Part shown: piece by piece, positions 61,751 through 64,000 of the stretch
Layout: the number at the start of each line of letters is the position of its first letter
Position numbering within the stretch: the stretch's first letter is position 1
Source of the DNA: Thermodesulfobacteriota bacterium
GTDB lineage: Bacteria > Desulfobacterota_D > UBA1144 > Nemesobacterales > UBA2774
DNA length: 64,000 bases
Assembly: GCA_965223335.1 (NCBI GenBank)
Contig: OZ244991.1
Location: 672,001 to 736,000, forward strand
Direction of reading: 5' to 3'
Program-made: the position numbers and the translations under genes
Notes under the pieces: generated by a model
Databases searched by the model: none
What the model was told of the DNA's origin: nothing
The model's input: the letters and a program-made list of their open reading frames with translations, nothing else

Positions 61751-63517
61751 TTACTTTTTAGTCTTATCCAATAGAGTCTCGGCCTTTTTATATATTGCGG
61801 GTTTAAGCCCTCTATGCATAGACTCTGCCGCATACCTAGCAGCTTGTTCGTTATCGCCGAGCTCGAAATATACCTTGGCCAACAAGAAATACGCAATCCC
61901 GTAACTCGGGTTAAGCTCCACAGCTCTTTCCAGGTATTGTTTGGCAATGAGCAAATTATTATGAGAATTGTTGGATAACCCACGCGAATAATTCACAAGA
62001 CCCAGATGATAATGGGTTTTATGGTAGTTAGAGTCATATTCAAGTGCTGCATAAAACCAGTCTTCCGCCTGGTCGAGCTCTCCCTTGTTTATGTATACGA
62101 CCCCTATATTATTGGCCGCTATAGCCCTACCCCCATCGGTGTTTGTAACCACCGGTTTAAATGTGTCCTTAAGCGCTACCAATGCCTCGTCCACTCTACC
62201 CTCATCCAAAAGCGCCATGCCATAATTAATAAGGGGAATTGCATGGTGGGGGCTTTTGGTGGCCGTGTCTTCCCAAAGCGCTAGACGGTTAGTCCATACA
62301 GCCTGACGGTCAACGGTAATTACAAAATAGGCAAGAGATAGAAAAATACCCATAAGCATCCCGAACCTCCTCATGTTGAGGAACCTACCAACCGTTATGC
62401 ACATAGAACCAAGGAACAGGGACATACCTATAGAGGGTATGTACATATAGCGCTCAGCTATCGGTGCCGACGCAACGTCAAGAACTGAAACCAGCACAGA
62501 AGGCCCGAGTGTTATCAGAGCCCAGAGCACTGCAAATGCCACAAGGTAATACCGTCGCCAGAGCGCAAACAAAGCCAGTACCACAAATAATAGCAATAGA
62601 AATACAGAGACAACAAGGTATATCGACTGACTAGGAGGACCCGTGATAAAAGCGTTTAGATCAAACGGGAAAAACAGCTTGTAAATATAATAGCTATAGG
62701 ACTCTAAAAATGTCTTTATAATTTCCGGGCTTAGGATCCCGGCGAAAAAGCCCCCTGCCCCCTCTAGGGCATCACCACCCCCTACCCTATCCACTGTGAA
62801 CTCGGGCATATTAACAAAAGCCCTGCCGCGTACGTAGATGTAAACGAACAAGATCCCCGCATAAAGGGTGTAGGCGATCAAATTAAAGCGCTTGTAGAAC
62901 TGTGCGGTAATAATATCGTATACCAAGACTATAAGGAGAAACGAGACGGCAACCTCTTTTGAGAGGAGTGCCAGTGCAAAACTCAAAGTAGCAAGTACTA
63001 GAAAATAAGGTTTCCTTTGCAAATATAGATGAGATATAAAGGCTATGACCAGAAACACAGCACACAATAAATCAGTCCTAGCCGAGATCCACGAGACCGA
63101 TTCGACATGAAGGGGAGTAAGAGCAAATAAGAGCGCGCTCAAAAAAGCTATACGATCGGTCCTATCTGACCCAAACTCGATTCCCAAACACAGTACGAGT
63201 ACAAATACCAATAAGACGCAAATAGAGTTAAACAGCAGATTGCTCAGATGAAAACCGAACGGGGAACCGCCCCACAGACTCTTATCCAGCACATAAGACG
63301 CATATATGACCGGCCGGTAGTAAAGCGCCTCTTTTTTCTCCACCTCATCCGGAATTATGAGTTTTAAAACACCCGATGCCTCGAAATAATGGTAGCTATT
63401 TTCAATGGACTCCACATCGTCCCACACAAATTCACTCTTTAGTGACGGCAGGTACGCGACAAACGATATTATCAACAGTGCTAATGCTATAAACACCCTC
63501 TGCTTATTAACCATCAT
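61751..63517 (-). CDS. TMTC-like GT-C membrane protein with C-terminal TPRs
   Basis: FVWDD, YYRP, PLHVESVSWISARTDLL, LSKE, AERYMYIPS, W.N...LW, followed by TPRs. Confidence 0.85.
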   Translation of the reverse strand: MMVNKQRVFIALALLIISFVAYLPSLKSEFVWDDVESIENSYHYFEASGVLKLIIPDEVEKKEALYYRPVIYASYVLDKSLWGGSPFGFHLSNLLFNSICVLLVFVLVLCLGIEFGSDRTDRIAFLSALLFALTPLHVESVSWISARTDLLCAVFLVIAFISHLYLQRKPYFLVLATLSFALALLSKEVAVSFLLIVLVYDIITAQFYKRFNLIAYTLYAGILFVYIYVRGRAFVNMPEFTVDRVGGGDALEGAGGFFAGILSPEIIKTFLESYSYYIYKLFFPFDLNAFITGPPSQSIYLVVSVFLLLLFVVLALFALWRRYYLVAFAVLWALITLGPSVLVSVLDVASAPIAERYMYIPSIGMSLFLGSMCITVGRFLNMRRFGMLMGIFLSLAYFVITVDRQAVWTNRLALWEDTATKSPHHAIPLINYGMALLDEGRVDEALVALKDTFKPVVTNTDGGRAIAANNIGVVYINKGELDQAEDWFYAALEYDSNYHKTHYHLGLVNYSRGLSNNSHNNLLIAKQYLERAVELNPSYGIAYFLLAKVYFELGDNEQAARYAAESMHRGLKPAIYKKAETLLDKTKK

Positions 63518-63702
63518 CTTCCATTAAAGTTGAGATCTATACGCTTACAAAATGGGATTATACACGATTATTATTTAGTTCCTCTCGTTGTTCTGGGGAA
63601 ATTATCCGAACACTAATATCTGATCGGGTTAAGTATGTACCTTCCACTAACTACTATTCATGGGTAAAATACCAGCCGACTAAATTTAGCACCCACAGGA
63701 GA

Positions 63703-64000
63703 ATGAAGTTGCCAAAGCTATTAGTATTGCCCGGGGACGGCATAGGCCGAGAAGTCACCGCAGTGAGTATTGAGGTCTTGAAAGTTATACAAGAGCTGTA
63801 TGGAACCGAATTTGAGTTTGAATTTGCCCATTTTGGCGGGAGTTCAATAGATGAGCACGGTGTTCCGATCACACCAGAGACTATAGATAAGGCTAAGTCG
63901 GTAGACGCGGTGCTCATGGGAGCGGTCGGCGGGCCCAAGTGGGAAGACCTACCGCACGAGCAAAAGCCCGAAAGCGGCTTACTCGCACTCAGAAAAGAGC
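63703..64000 (+). CDS. leuB: 3-isopropylmalate dehydrogenase (3'-truncated by window edge)
   Basis: Translated by hand: MKLPKLLVLPGDGIGREV...FGGSSIDEHG.P...DAVLMGAVGGPKW...PESGLLALRK. Missing from the ORF track. Confidence 0.93.
   Translation, partial: MKLPKLLVLPGDGIGREVTAVSIEVLKVIQELYGTEFEFEFAHFGGSSIDEHGVPITPETIDKAKSVDAVLMGAVGGPKWEDLPHEQKPESGLLALRKE

Noticed and set aside
63654..63938. 94-aa minus-strand ORF
   Set aside because: It is antisense to the partial leuB gene.

Overview
Bacterial chromosomal window. Housekeeping genes are smc, secA, folK, folD, thiD, tRNA-Ile2, rnhA, rnpB, tyrS, gltBD, nadE, thiI, truA and partial leuB; the gene content is deltaproteobacteria-like, possibly Dadabacteria (inference). 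The central accessory part looks like a cell-surface display system. (i) A myxosortase-like CPBP intramembrane protease lies directly beside a cluster of GT-C and GT2 glycosyltransferases and a GtrA flippase (24.7-34.2 kb), and two TMTC-like GT-C/TPR proteins lie at 59.7-63.5 kb. (ii) A fourfold tandem array (40.1-53.4 kb) repeats a two-gene unit, each copy with its own promoter and terminator. The unit encodes a ~350-aa secreted protein A and a ~650-aa protein B. By eye, B is a circular permutant of A with a hypervariable inserted domain, a Pro/Thr linker and a Cys-TM-basic C-terminal sorting signal. The copies are patchwork mosaics of near-identical blocks. All alignments were made by eye and no database searches were run.
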